Source: Catajapyx aquilonaris (lineage: Eukaryota). From it: a DNA stretch of 40,293 nt. Location: NCBI GenBank assembly GCA_000934665.2, contig JYFJ02003566.1, positions 1 through 40,293 on the forward strand. Direction: 5' to 3'. Position numbers and translations under genes: made by a program. Positions 1 to 12,319 of this stretch are shown piece after piece; the first letter of the stretch is position 1; the number at the start of each line of letters is the position of its first letter. The notes below the pieces were generated by a model, which was given only the letters and a program-made list of their open reading frames with translations, was not told where the DNA came from and did no database searches.

Positions 1-252
1 GGTTATTTTTAGATGTGCCTAAGTATGTTTGGACTGGACATTACAAGGTTGCCAAATTGGAAGTCTGACCAGGAACTTCGCAATTTTTTCCACTGTGCGA
101 CCCCTTCAATTATTTCGTCGCATTATTATTATCCTACTGTACTTGAAGTCCTGTTGATCCCGTCACAATGTTGATGATCATACTCATACTACATGTCGTT
201 CTCTGAAGCTTTGCCTCAAATTACCAAAAGGTGCGTACTAGTTTGTACTATA

Positions 253-690
253 CAGGGTGTATCAGAACTCTACCGTAAGCTATGTGCCAATGGCTTAATG
301 GGCACCAGGGGATCAATTAATGTAGAGGAGTCATTATGTCTGGGCAGCCTCATTACTGAGATAATTGATCATTTGCGATTTAGCAATTGGGCCTAAGAGT
401 GATTGTCACAGATTGTCACAGATTGTCACAAATTGTCACAGATCACATGCGACATGCAGTACACATGCGACATGCTAGTAGCTAAATGGAAAAGCTGCTA
501 TTTTCACGAGTGATGCGATGTCGGGGCTGAAGGTTTCCATACCTCCCAGGATACTTTGTACTACGTGTTTGAAGGCAATTATCTCCGTAATGAGGCTGCC
601 TAGACATGATGACCCCTCTACATATAATGATGCTCTGGTGCCCCTTATGCCATTGGCACATAGCTTACGGTAGAGTTCTGATACACCCTG
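253..690. mobile_element. Tc1/mariner-type MITE
   Basis: About 115-bp imperfect TIRs (253-368 vs 577-690) beginning CAGGGTGTATCAGAACTCTACCG, flanked by TA on both sides (251-252, 691-692). No coding capacity. Confidence 0.85.
401..440 (+). repeat. 10-bp tandem repeat (GATTGTCACA)x4 inside the MITE
   Basis: Directly visible, with one variant unit AATTGTCACA. Confidence 0.9.
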
Positions 691-1366
691 TATACACCTG
701 GATTTTCTTCAAGCCCCTCTCTATTTTATTTGAACCCCAGTATTCTCTGATGCTTCTGTAATTTACTGAATTCCGTTACAGTCTGTATAGGCCACGATTC
801 CGTACCTTGAACTTGGACATTTTCAGCATCCCCATAACTTCTTACATTCTCAATCCTCTATTCTCTCTACAATCACATTATTATTGTCCTGCCATCATCA
901 TCATCATGAACAGCAGGTCATTAGCAGCATCTTGTACACTGTGTGTGGTGTGAGCATCCTCGGTCCGGCGACAATCAAGTAACCAAGGTCACGAACCATG
1001 GTAAGACACTTTCTGTCCACGTGACACAAGACAGTATAGTGCCACCAAGCAGGTTTCCGACAGGCAAGGACATCTTCTCGCAAAAACTTGATTAAAATCC
1101 TGGCTGCATTTTTATTCGATTGTGTCTGCTGCATGCGGTCAGAGTTAAGCCGATTATTTTGGCAAGAAGATTTTTGCGGAGACGTCCTTGCCGGTCCCAA
1201 GTTTGGCGAAACTTGTTTCTAATCGATTCGGGTCTCAAGTTTAGCAAGTTTTGCCAGCTCGGAAAGTGGTTCTTGACCTTGGCCACGTTGACTATCATGT
1301 GCGCACACCATATACTCATCCCAGCCCTGGAACCGGTCCACACACAAGACGCAGGACTCCTCCGAG

Positions 1367-2162
1367 ATGCTGCTGTTCCTCTGCCTCCTGCCGCTTGCTC
1401 TCTGCCCCGTGCTGTCCGCTGGCCCCGTGCTGTCCGTCGGCCCCGTGCTGTCCGCCGGCCCCGTGTTGACCGCCGGCCCGGGGCCCAAATCATGCCAGGA
1501 GATGGGCTTCGGCCCTGACCACAGGCTGGACCGAAAGACCGGCCAGTGTCACGAGGCCTGGAAAGCCGGACCATGCGGTCACCTCCCAGACGTCATGGAG
1601 TATCTGCCCACTGACGAAGTGTACGGGGAGTGCACTTGCTCCGTTTACAACATGAAACCCTGGCCAGCGGACAACTTGTGCTACTATTTGAACTCACAGG
1701 TGGGTCATATAAAAGGAGAGTCATTTTCACGTACATGATTGACCGGTATTGTTTCCTATTCAGGGTCCGTGCGAGCTGGGATACCGGTTCACGTTCGAAT
1801 CGAGCCAACCTCCGGAGTGCAAAAAGGATGCAGATTGCTACGAGAAGATAGTGGAGACGGGCAAGAGCTGGGCGTGGAAAGACGGCGGGTGCCACGAGGA
1901 ACTGCGGAGGGGTCCCCCATGCCCGGACCACCACATACTTGTGCTGCAAGGGCACGAAGAGGCCAGGTGCTTCGACCTGCTGAACCTCCCGATGCACGCG
2001 GCGCAACCCGACGGAGGAGTCAGGGAGTGCACAAAGGCTCAGAAAACTGTGCCAAGCTTCCTGGGAGGATGCCTTCCTTCTGTCCCGGTTCTGGACGGGA
2101 AGGACTGTCCCGAAGGATATGTCCACCACCCGGCCTACGATGACGTGTGCGTCGAGGGCTAA
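1367..2162 (+). CDS. Secreted cysteine-rich protein, DUF4789-like; exons 1367-1699 and 1764-2162 (243 aa)
   Basis: Hydrophobic signal peptide MLLFLCLLPLALC. A 64-nt phase-0 GT..AG intron joins WPADNLCYYLNSQ to GPCELGY. Repeated C..GPC modules (CHEAWKAGPC, CHEELRRGPPC) resemble arthropod DUF4789 proteins. AATAAA at 2319-2324. The gene model is well supported; the family name is from recalled motif. Confidence 0.8.
1404..1479 (+). repeat. In-frame 18-bp minisatellite x4 encoding (G/C)PVL(S/T)(A/V)
   Basis: GCCCCGTGCTGTCCGC-type units start at 1404, 1422, 1440 and 1458. Confidence 0.9.
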
Positions 2163-2706
2163 AGCACCGTACGTCACACTCCATGACGACCACAAGACCA
2201 TATGGACATATACCCACATAATATATTATGGCAGTTAAAAAAATTAAATTGCGAAATAGAAATGTAGCAAGAGCCAGGTATTTATTTTGGAGTATTGTTG
2301 CAAGTTTTTACACATATAAATAAAATTAGCAAACGAGAGGTGGGATAACAACTGCATAATTCATGCTAAATGAGATATTTTAATCAAAGTTGTGTCATTA
2401 GGCTACAAAATATGAAATGTGATCTTACGTGCACTTGTCCTCGAACTAATTACGATGGAAATTATGGCTCGATTCCATGCGAATAATGGATGTCCGCATC
2501 AGGTTGCATGACATGTTGCTAAAACGAAACCTGTCCTCACCTTGGCCAAGTCTGAAACGAGAAAAAAGAAAGAAAGAAGTGGGGTAACATGGTTAGTGGA
2601 TACCAGACTTATGACCGAGCTCCTGCAATCACCTTTAATGAGCAAAAAAGGCGAGTGCACGAGGCAACTTCTCTTCACCTTGGAATGTTCCGGGTATAAG
2701 ACGGTG

Positions 2707-2746
2707 ATAATAAAAAGCAGAAATGGGAGATTCCGGTTATTCATTC
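2707..2746 (+). promoter_or_regulatory. Putative core promoter (TATA-like plus arthropod initiator) of the takeout/JHBP gene
   Basis: ATAATAAAAAG about 30 nt upstream of TCATTC (TCAKTY initiator match at 2741-2746). The ATG follows at 2760. Confidence 0.45.
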
Positions 2747-2759
2747 AGACGTGGTCACC

Positions 2760-5700
2760 ATGCAAGGCTGGACGTGTCTCGTTTTACTGGTCGCTCTACT
2801 GACCCCGACCTTCGCTGCCGTACTCACCAGAGGTCAGTGAAATTACTAAACACTTGTGCAGTATTGAAAATCAGTCATTGACCCTGTTTTCAATATTATT
2901 CTGCTTTAAACACAATAACGCCTTTCAACAGAGTTCTAGACGCGCTCGAGACGTGGACTGTTTCTTTTTAATCCGTTTCTTTTTGCATAGCTCTATTTTG
3001 ATTGTCATTAAAATGTATTAGCTGATAAATGTTAGTTTGAGTGGATCCATTTCCAAAAAACCTATACAAATAATGGGCTCAAACATTGACGGCGGATGTG
3101 GCTATTCTCAATAGAATCTACTGAAATTCAGAGCCTGCTGCAGACACGACTCCATTGGCCCTCATATTAGCAGCTAATAATGTTTGACATATTAATAATG
3201 CAAAATAATGCAAAAAGCTAATGCAAAAAAATTGCCCAATGAAAATTATGTTTCAGTTTACCCTCAAGATCTTGGTCAGGATGCGCTTGACCATAACATT
3301 TTAATGGGCTGTTTACTGCAGCAATTAGTTCAAAGAAAAGTAACAATAATTGTTACTTTTCTTTGAACTAATTGCTGCAGTAAACTGCAGGTTTCTTCGC
3401 AAAAAAAACCTAAATACAACAGGGTATATTTGAACTGGCTCCTGAATATAACAATGTAACTTTGCGAATCTCTTCCAGTAACGGTGATGCCTATAACAAC
3501 AAGATTGCTGAATAAATTGCAACGTCATCCAATGCAGTTTGTAAAAATATACTTGCTCTGATCTGAAAATATTGGGACACCCCCAAAAAATGGAGTGGTG
3601 GGGTTATACACAGGATGTGATAAAAAGTTTCCATTAAGATTATCTGGACTTTAGAATGGATAATTATGAATAGTAACAGTTGAGCTAGGAGGATACCAAA
3701 TTTGAAGTTCATTTGACAGTTAACAACTGAAATAAATACGATTATACCTTGGACAGTGAATTTCTGTGGGGTCTGGTAAAAATTGCTGCCACTCTGTTTA
3801 TTTCTTACTTAGCGGGATGTAAATGTTGATAATGAGCCTGAGAGGCCGCACAAACCCAAAAACAGTTATGACATTAATTACAAAAAATCTAGCACAAAAT
3901 TAAAAAATATTTATCATGGCTTGCAGATATGCCATTTTCTGTGCATTTTAGAATTAAGGAATATTTAAAGCCATTTTACTTTAATTGCAATGAAATTTTT
4001 TATCATAGCACATTGGACTGAGTTCTAGATAAACAATACTATCACATTTTAATTTATTAATAAATAACACCGTTAAATGTGGTACAGCCAAGTGTATCAA
4101 TTTCTGAAAAAATCCACTTGCGATAAATATTTTTAATTTTGTGCTAGATTTTTTGTAATTAATGTCATAACTGTTTTTGGGTTTGTGCGGCCCCTCAGGT
4201 TCATTATCAACATTTACATCCCGCTAAGTAAGAAATAAACAGAGTGGCAGCAATTTTTACCAGACCCCACAGAAATTCACTGTCCAAGGTATAATCGTAT
4301 TTATTTCAGTTGTTAACTGTCAAATGAACTTCAAATTTGGTATCCTCCTAGCTCAACTGTTACTATTCATAATTATCCATTCTAAAGTCCAGATAATCTT
4401 AATGGAAACTTTTTATCACATCCTGTGTATAACCCCACCACTCCATTTTTTGGGGGTGTCCCAATATTTTCAGATCAGGGCAAGTAAATACATGTTTCGT
4501 GTGACAGAATGATTTGTGCGTACTTGCTTAGCGCAAGTTTTTTTCACCCGATTAATTAGGGCACCTGATACACAGTAGTCTACAATCATGATTGTGAAGG
4601 TCGTTCCTTATTGTTGTCTCCCTCAAGTAGTGTGGTTATCATCATTGGTCAATAAATCTCACGATTGCAGTTGGCAGCCCTTTTACTTACACATTGGCAC
4701 AAATCATGAACTCCTAATTTGGTGACTAATGTGTCCAGGAAGGGCGTCAATGTCTCAAAAGTAAGAAAGTGTTCAACTATATCCCTAAGATGTTAATAAA
4801 CAGGCCACGTCCGAATTAAATTACCACGAAAGTTGATAACCATGAGAATATTCATGAATGATGTTTATATGACCAAGTCTAACACAACAAAAACACTACA
4901 TATAGATTCTGAGAAAAATAAGTCACTGGAGGTCACTACTTATTTGCGAAAAATGACAATCTTTCAATGTCTTCCAGATCAAGTGGTGGGCCGCTGCATA
5001 AAAATTTCCGAGAAGGAGGAGCTGGAGAAATGCATCGTCAACCTGTTTAATGAGATCAAACCGGATTTCGAATTCGGTCAGTTCCTGAACTTTGTCATAT
5101 ACGCCATTATACTCACCTAACTGGTGCACCATCAGTCTTCTCATTAATATTAATAACTGTATAACGTATGCACTTGACGTCACTGATTCACAACTTGCTG
5201 ATTCCAGTCAGATGAGTTTGGCGGAATTGACTGAATCGTCTTAGATTACTTATGGGCCACACTGTATATGTTCCTGCAGGACTGCCTGAATTTTCTCTTC
5301 CGGAGATGACCAGGATAGACGTGACAAGATTCAACGTGACTGACTACCAGAACGAGAACAGCTACTTCAAGATGGCCCTGTGGAACATGGTCCTGAAGGG
5401 AATGGAGGAGACTCATCTGGACTCTCTCAAGCTGGACTACGAGTCCAGGACTGCCAAGTGGCAGGCATCTGGACCCGAGATGTTCGTCCATGGAAATTAC
5501 AGGATCGAGGCCAAGCTCTCCCTAATCCCTATCGAAGGAGAAGGAACCATGTGGACCAGGCTCAGTATGGGATTTTTCTATATTCTAGCATGTGACATGC
5601 AGGGTTGGCAGCGTCATTCTCAAGTAAGAAGAGCTTCATGCATACCACATGTTATGCGAAAAGCTACCATGGATGGAAAAATGTTTCAGGATTTTGCCAT

Positions 5701-6458
5701 TGACAGTTTCTCAACCCTATCGTGACTAATTAGCATGATCATAAACCTAGTCTCTGTAAATTAATTACAGCTGTTGTAAAGAATAATTTAATTTTCAAGT
5801 CTCACACTTGTAATACATTACACGCTATACATTGTGTAATGATACATTATTTTCAGGGGCCTAGAAAGGTGCGGAAGGGAGAACACACTGCTCTGTTAAT
5901 TATAAACCGTAATAATGATGATTACATTTTGTGCTCTTACCTCACGATTTGTTTGTGCGTCACTTTTGGTGCCCGTGTAAATGCATCAAACTAGACCCCG
6001 CCGGTCAGCTTTTCTTTTCGGGTCAATATAAACGTGCATGCGGACAATAATGTCGTCTGTTTCAGAGGACGTGACAGGTCGTGGAGTGTGCAAGTTCGAC
6101 CTAGAGGGTGACGATCACCACCTGATAGTCACTAGTGCAGAGAACGATTTGCAAGCCAAGGACGTCACATTTAGGCTCAACAATCTGTATGAGGACAACG
6201 AGATCCTCAGTAAGTGTCGTCTCTCTTCATAATATTATTTTGATCATTGTTGCGAATGTCTTTATATAATATTTTCCAGAGGAGACAGCAGAAGTGTTCG
6301 TGAATGAGAATGGTCAGGAGATCCTTGACCTGGTGAAGCCTCAATTAAGGAAGAGGTTAGATGCCCTGATCGACAGGATCGGAAAAGACCTCGGACGAAC
6401 ACTTCCATTCAGTCAACTGGCCGGACAGGAACACCTCAAAAAGGCTTTCGGTCTTTAA
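2760..6458 (+). CDS. Takeout / haemolymph juvenile-hormone-binding protein family; exons 2760-2832, 4978-5076, 5280-5564, 6066-6209, 6280-6458 (259 aa)
   Basis: Signal peptide MQGWTCLVLLVALLTPTFA. Four phase-1 GT..AG introns give an open 780-nt frame. N-terminal Cys pair (RCIK...EKCI) and family motifs GLPEFSLP, GNYRIEAKLSLIPIEGEG, LNNLYEDNEIL and FVNENGQEILDLVKP. Confidence 0.92.
3550..4486. mobile_element. Non-autonomous long-TIR (foldback-like) DNA transposon in intron 1 of the takeout gene
   Basis: Near-identical inverted arms of about 365 bp (3550-3915, 4122-4486) around a 206-bp AT-rich spacer. Ends are TACTTGC...GCAAGTA, flanked by AATA on both sides; a TA target duplication reading is also possible. 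Confidence 0.85.
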
Positions 6459-7078
6459 TAATAATTTTCAAAAACCCACTGCACATGACCAGCCGACTTC
6501 ACAGCACAAAATTTTTGTGATCTGTCAATCGACTTTGTTGTTATATATGTTAGGCATTGTTGTAAGATTTCAGTGTATTGCCATTAAAACAGGTTTTTAA
6601 TTTATTGTTTGAGTCAGTTGTTCAGATGAGGACTTGTGTCCAACATTTTCACGAGCCGTCCAGATGCAGCGTTACAAACCCCAAGAGTGGCCAAAATGAG
6701 TCTCCAAGGTACTTGTTGGCACCCTGCATTGTTGTCAACATTCCGCGACTTTTTTCGTATCCAATGGCAACCAAGAGAAAAAGAACACAATGAGAAATCA
6801 ACAAGCTGTTCTATAAACAGTCGGGCTGAGGATTCGGTGTGGATCGGACGTGTCTTTTTTTTCCACCGTGCGAATATATTCGAATAGGTCATTTTCAGGG
6901 GTCAAATGCCCATGCAACATTCTCGTCGCCTACCATCAGCTTAGTGATGAAGGCTAAAGCTGCGTGCGTATACGTTGCACAGGTATGTCCACAATTTTTT
7001 AGTCGTGGGAACATATTTGAAGAAATAATTTTTCGGCGATTTGATTGATTGGGTATGGTCATCGTCAATCTCGTCATC

Positions 7079-8122
7079 GGCTGAAGTCAAGTATACGGGA
7101 CATTCCCCGAATCAATTTGGAAACAGTAGGCCTACCTGCGGCTTGCTGACCCTTTGAATCGTTGTTTTGCTTCTGGGGTTGAAGTCCGGGAAGTGACCAG
7201 GGATCCCGCAATTAATTCCTCAAGTTGGACCAGAATACACATGGAATCATTGTCATCCTAATTGTTATGTCTCAGTTCGAATCGTAAGTTGCTAGGTTAC
7301 GAATAGCCTCTTCTAAATTAATACAGATCGGTACAGATTTTGAGGTGATTATAGCATGGAATAGCCCTTTGTCTGGGTGATGCTGTATGGCTTTTTGTAA
7401 CCGCAACAGTACTGTCCATTGTTGTGGCCCTGCCAGGCACGGTACGTCGCCTGTGCGTGATATTTTTAGTTTTTGCGGAGCGATAGCGGAGCTGGGCGCT
7501 TATTGTGGGTTTCTGTATCCGCCTACAATGCGGACCTCATTGTGCGCCTCAGGCCAACTAACGTTATTGTGCGCCGCAGGCCAACGAACGTTATTGTGGC
7601 TTTGTCGAGCGCGAAATTTACCTCCACAGAGTCTGTTAAACCAGCTAATGACAAGCGACGTCACAATCCGCCCGCATCCACCCTACTCTCCCCTCCAATC
7701 ATGTCCACGACTCACTCTGCAGACATACTACTTGCTCATGCTCAGAAACACGGCCTGTGTGACCTCATGTCGTACTACTTCTGCAGCAACCATCGTAGCA
7801 TTTTTTGCCACCTCCTTCCCAGCACTCCCAACCCCGCCGCGTCTCTAGATGCGGATAAACGATAAACTTTCTAGATTTTCATTGTTGCCTAACGCTTTCT
7901 TGAGTTGGAATGTTTCTCCGTAACCGAGCAACTTACGATTCGAACTAAGAGAAACAATGACACCATCTGTATTCTGGCCCAACTTGAGGAATTAATTGCG
8001 GGGTCCCTGGTCACTTCCCGGACTTCAACCCCAGAAGCAAAACAACGATTCAAAGGGTCAGCAAGCCGCAGGTACTGTTTCCAAATTGATTCGGGGAATG
8101 TCCCGTATACTTGACATAAGCC
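7079..8122. repeat. About 200-bp inverted repeat pair enclosing a GC-richer core
   Basis: 7086-7300 is the reverse complement of 7919-8115 with a few indels. The core has a 27-bp tandem duplication at about 7540-7598. No TSD seen. Confidence 0.75.
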
Positions 8123-8509
8123 CAATAAGGGTCAAAGGTCGCATCGATGAGGCTTCTGCTACTGTGTAGGCTATTCTATAATAGGCCTAGTGCGTGCATA
8201 AGTAACTGGACTGCTCGAATTTATTCGGTCGTTACCATGGTTTCGTATATCCAGTAATTACTATTATTTGAAAGTCGGTTCGGGAGTTCCGGTGGTTCCG
8301 GCCGGGTCCTTCTTCGAGATCCTTGCATCATCCTTGGGTGTACGAATAGGGCTTTAAAAACCCATACCTGCTGTCATAGCCTGTACATTAGTTTCCTTAT
8401 AGTGCCTGAGCCATTATATTATTGCCTGCTGACCAGAGAGGGTTCATATTGCATGTGCTTTTTGTGACAACACTGCAACATTCTCGATATGCACGTCGTC
8501 CTCATGCAT

Positions 8510-9620
8510 AATTATGAAGTATCCGAGAAGGAGTTCATTAGTCTACTGTTTAGCAAGTCTTACATGTTTTTTGGGGGGAAAGTCGGTCGAATTTGAAGAA
8601 GTCCGGAAATGAGGCAAAATCAAATCACTGCAACATTCTCGATATGCACGTCGTCCTCGTGCATAAGTACCCCAGTAGGTAATCACTAGACTGAAAAGTG
8701 TACACTGGAGTACCAAATTCAAGGAGTATCCAGGAGTAATAAAGAGTGATGAGGTACCTGAGGAGTACGTGGGAGTACCACTCGCAGGTGTACAGTACAC
8801 CGGAAGTGGTTACCCCCTTGTAGATGGCCTTCATCCACCTTGTATTATTCTCTTCTCATTTCTGTCTCCATCCTTCCCTAATTTGTGAGCATTTTTTGCT
8901 TTGCCTCCTTCCCACTTAATGTCTAGCTGCGTAATAATAATAAATGTAATGAGAGCCATTTGTGACGTCACTCTCAGGATAAAGCAGTGGTGAGCATAAC
9001 AAATTCTATTCTACAAGACAAATGACGTGTTCCGTGTTATGCTTGAATAAATATGTGTTTTGTGCCCAAGCGAGTCGTCGAAAGGCACTATAATATATAT
9101 ATTCAGATGCAGTGTAGTACATCTTTCAACCTTTCGCAAATATTTCACAGTCTTCTTCCACCAGCATAGTAGTGCATGGCTTGATGCGTAATCCCTCATC
9201 CTCAGCTGCATGCTTGCTTATTCAGCAGTTCCCCCCTTGTTGTCTGTCCTCCAGCGACGCTTTAACAAGGGCCACCTTCCGTCAGACAAGCAACCGTCTC
9301 GTCAGACTCATCTCAGAGCATATTATGCTCAGTGAGGTAAGCTGCAGATGTATAAGGAAGGCAGAGTATGGCCTCATAATATATGGGAAATGCTTCGAAA
9401 GGGCTGAAGATTACTGCCCTTTATATGAGGAGAAATCATCCTAGTTTATTTGGGATATTTCGTTGTTATTTTAGCCTCCCAAAGGAGATGATGGACACAT
9501 GACCGTGCAAACATGTGTGAGTCGTTGGTGTCATCCTGTTCATCAGGAAACAAGAGCGCAGAAGGGTGAGATTGGCACACAACCAGCTATAGGATCATCG
9601 CAGCTGGAAGCAAAAATGAT
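8510..9620 (-). pseudogene. Probable Maverick packaging (A32/FtsK-like) ATPase remnant
   Basis: Walker-B-like IYIIVPFDDSLG (9065-9100), then HIFIQA*HGTRHLSCRIEFV (cf. LFT.SHH.N.SV), LLYPESDVT-NGSHYI and Q.KML.SQI, in the expected order. The Walker A region near 9590 (LPAAMI-IAG) lacks an intact GKT. Confidence 0.5.
8673..8820 (+). mobile_element. Degenerate copy of the hAT-like MITE family found at 34777-34905
   Basis: Shares the ...TACACTGGA.TACCAAATTCAA.GAGTA... core and the AGTGGTTA.CCCCTTG end with the reverse complement of 34777-34905. Confidence 0.7.
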
Positions 9621-9759
9621 TACTTTTGTCACTACTATAGACAAAACGAGATTTTTTATTTTTACATTCGATATAATATTATACGGACCACAACATTCAA
9701 TGGCAGTGCCTGCTGCCTGAAGAGTGATGATGCATCAGAAGTATTCTGACGTGCAGTAG

Positions 9760-10350
9760 GATTCATGTGAAATCTTGACTAACTATGTCACTGACTTTTG
9801 GCTCAGCTGATGTGTTTCCATCTACCTCCCAAATGCATGCGGAATTGTCAGTCTCAGTCGGCTAGGTACGGCTCCGCTGCGCATATTTCTCAACAGAAGG
9901 GGATTCGAAGGGGATTACATCAGATGTGCCGTTTCATCTCATTCTCTACTTTTTTTCACTATGCTGTATTGCTGCCCAAGAACAACACGACGCATTCCTT
10001 AGCCCTATTAAGCCTATACATCGTTCGAGTCAAAAGTCGTCCGATATGATTTTGTTAAGAGTTAAAACAAACCTCATGCGTGGTGTGTCTGGTTGTCTCT
10101 AGTCCATCTCCATACAAACAATGATATGACTGCATGGTTGTCTTCCCAAGGTACTGTATTTATTATTATTATTATAAGTGGCTCGAAGCTCATTTCCAAC
10201 CCTTAGTTTAAATGTTACATTTTTTGAAAGGAATAATTCTTTGAATTTCCTTGAAATGAATATTTTGCTGAACAAGTGCGCTGGAATCAAAGTTGGTGGT
10301 TCATCTAACAGTATAGTTTTTAAACCACAGTGATGGACACTATTAGTCAA
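9760..10350 (-). pseudogene. Adenain-like cysteine (maturation) protease remnant
   Basis: HIIVC...RQPDT-H.VC (10070-10128; cf. IVN.D...PG.HW), TFDSN (10023-10037; cf. YFDSFG) and M*SP-ES-FC*EICA (9877-9920; cf. Q...S..CG.YC), in correct order and plausible spacing. Confidence 0.65.
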
Positions 10351-10359
10351 ACATTCAAT

Positions 10360-10730
10360 TGCCTCATCAAATAATTCCCGATTCTTCGTCAGTACATGTT
10401 ATTTATAAAACCGCTCGGTCGCTAACTGATTTTCGGCCTTCGCTGGGCTTATAATATCACCAGCAGAAGACTAAGTAGTGCTGCTGCACAAGTGGAATCG
10501 TCGCAATACTGCCTTCCTTTTTGTGGACACTTTACTGATGGTAAATATCTTCGCCGAGTTTGAGAGTCCGTCTCTACGCGAAAGAGAGTCCCATATCTGT
10601 ATTATATGGGCTGGAAAAGGCTCCAGCACCCGGGGGATTAATGGTACCAAGCAGGAGTTATTACAGGAGCGATTTTTGTATTTCTTGACGTTTCATTTCT
10701 TTGTCAGAATCTGTTTGTTGTCCATAGTTT
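10360..10730 (-). pseudogene. Possible small basic Maverick gene remnant between capsid and protease
   Basis: MDNKQILTKK...N-LLG-VPLIPRVLE...SLSRRDGLS...KRKAVL weakly resembles the Maverick small ORF pattern N.L.G.VPL...L..LA. Confidence 0.25.
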
Positions 10731-10805
10731 TACCAGTTTTACGGTCAGGTAGGTAGCGTGCCGGGTTCCGGTAGTGTTTTTTCCTTACACACTGATATAC
10801 GCGAA

Positions 10806-10965
<160 letters not shown>

Positions 10966-11067
10966 GTGTCACTTCCATCATCATCATCAAAAAAGTAACG
11001 CACTAAAAATCATTTTGACTTTCTGTAAACAAAGAATTGCGCCATTTTAAACGGCGAGAATAATTAT

Positions 11068-12317
11068 TTACAGTGACTTGGACGAATAAACGTGATTTGA
11101 CTGGGGTGTCACATGATCTGGTGTTAGTTCAACACAGGGTAGTCGGCGTGCAGAACTCATTTGGAGCACACTTTCTTCGAGGTACTGTACCCCCCCCCCC
11201 CCACAGCAGCAATGTGACGTTGACGTANTTGACGTATCACGACGAAACGTAACATGTAGTTGGTCATTGCTTCATTGTCCGTCGCGGTGTTGGACTGAGT
11301 GTGTGCTGGTTTTCCTTTTGAGGACAGTCAGGGGTAAGGCGAGTCGTAGATTCCAGTGGAAATGCGGTCACCACACCTTTCCCTGTACATACCTGAGTCG
11401 CCATCGACAGAGTATGACTGCAGAATAATTAGCATCAAAGGTTGACGGTCAGTGCCTTCTGTTATGGACTTATTGTATTAACAATCAAATCCATACTGCA
11501 TTGTATATATTATACCAAAATTTTATTGGGACTGAACGACTCGTAACAGCAGTTTTAGATTACTGATAAAAATAACAGCACTGTAGTATGGAGGGGTGTG
11601 AGATCTAAATCACATGCTACAAGACAGTATTATATAAAAACGGACTATCAAGAGTTGAACGTATAGCTTGTTTAGCTAACCTTGGAATTGGTCTTTGGAG
11701 CAACATTCCCCTGATTTTTATAACAATAGAATAGAGTGCATTGTAACAGTCATTATCTCATGTGTCTCGGATGCAGCTTGAGACACCGCTTAGGACAATT
11801 TCTACTATACAGTATACGTATCTAATGTGAGGGCAGACGGCAGTTTAATTTAAAACTGCAGTGATGTACTGTACACCTATATGTATTTTAAAATGAAAGG
11901 GCCAAGTGATCATGGAACAGGCGTAGCCTTACTTAAAAGAATATTTATTAACTTACTTATAACAGTAACGAGGCTGTTCAGAGCAAGTGATACATTTACG
12001 TGAAGTGAATATCAGGACGGTGCTAAAGAGCACACACTGTATAAAAGTAAGTAAGGTGACTCATTATGAAACACCTTTTAAAAGTTACCGTTCAGTCCGA
12101 AGCAGAACTTCATAATTATTATGCTCCAGCAATATTTCATAACAAAGTATATCAGTCGCAAATGAAATGACTGCTTCCAGCAGGACAGACACCGTCATCA
12201 GCGCTGGATGGCACGTCACTTCCGCGCAGGATGGACTCCAGATGACTGAAGAGGTTGCCCCTTTTCAGTGATGCAGAAGCCAGGCGGGGTCGTTATTCCG
12301 CATAGTCTTGGGGCCAT
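11068..12317 (-). pseudogene. Maverick/Polinton major capsid protein (PY, double jelly-roll) remnant
   Basis: Ordered motifs: NLFSHLESILRG..CHP..EAVISF (N-terminal); PDI.F..LALNS...ILLSKATP (about 11920-12020); DQFQG*LNKLYV (11659-11693; cf. DNIF.GQLP.R); DLIVN..P.KALTVN; IYD-LTPD (11327-11351; cf. FDLTPD); QLHVTF..NVTLLLWG..ESVLQMSSAR (C-terminal). Confidence 0.75.
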
Positions 12318-12319
12318 GG

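Noticed and set aside
401..480. Short tandem repeats as a CRISPR-like array
   Set aside because: No unique spacers, eukaryotic context and no cas genes.
1092..2219. Several overlapping GC-rich ORFs in other frames and on the minus strand
   Set aside because: Shadows of the spliced Cys-rich gene and its 18-bp repeat.
3491..4512. Twin ORFs MNFKFGILLAQLLL... on opposite strands
   Set aside because: They are the two arms of the intronic inverted repeat, not genes.
4588..4700. ATG at 4588 as first exon of the takeout gene
   Set aside because: No convincing signal peptide. Exon 2760-2832 supplies a clean signal peptide and a phase-1 donor.
7387..7865. ORFs in the core of the inverted repeat as a transposase, or CTAG near 7845 as a Helitron end
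   Set aside because: No transposase motif and no convincing Helitron terminal hairpin.
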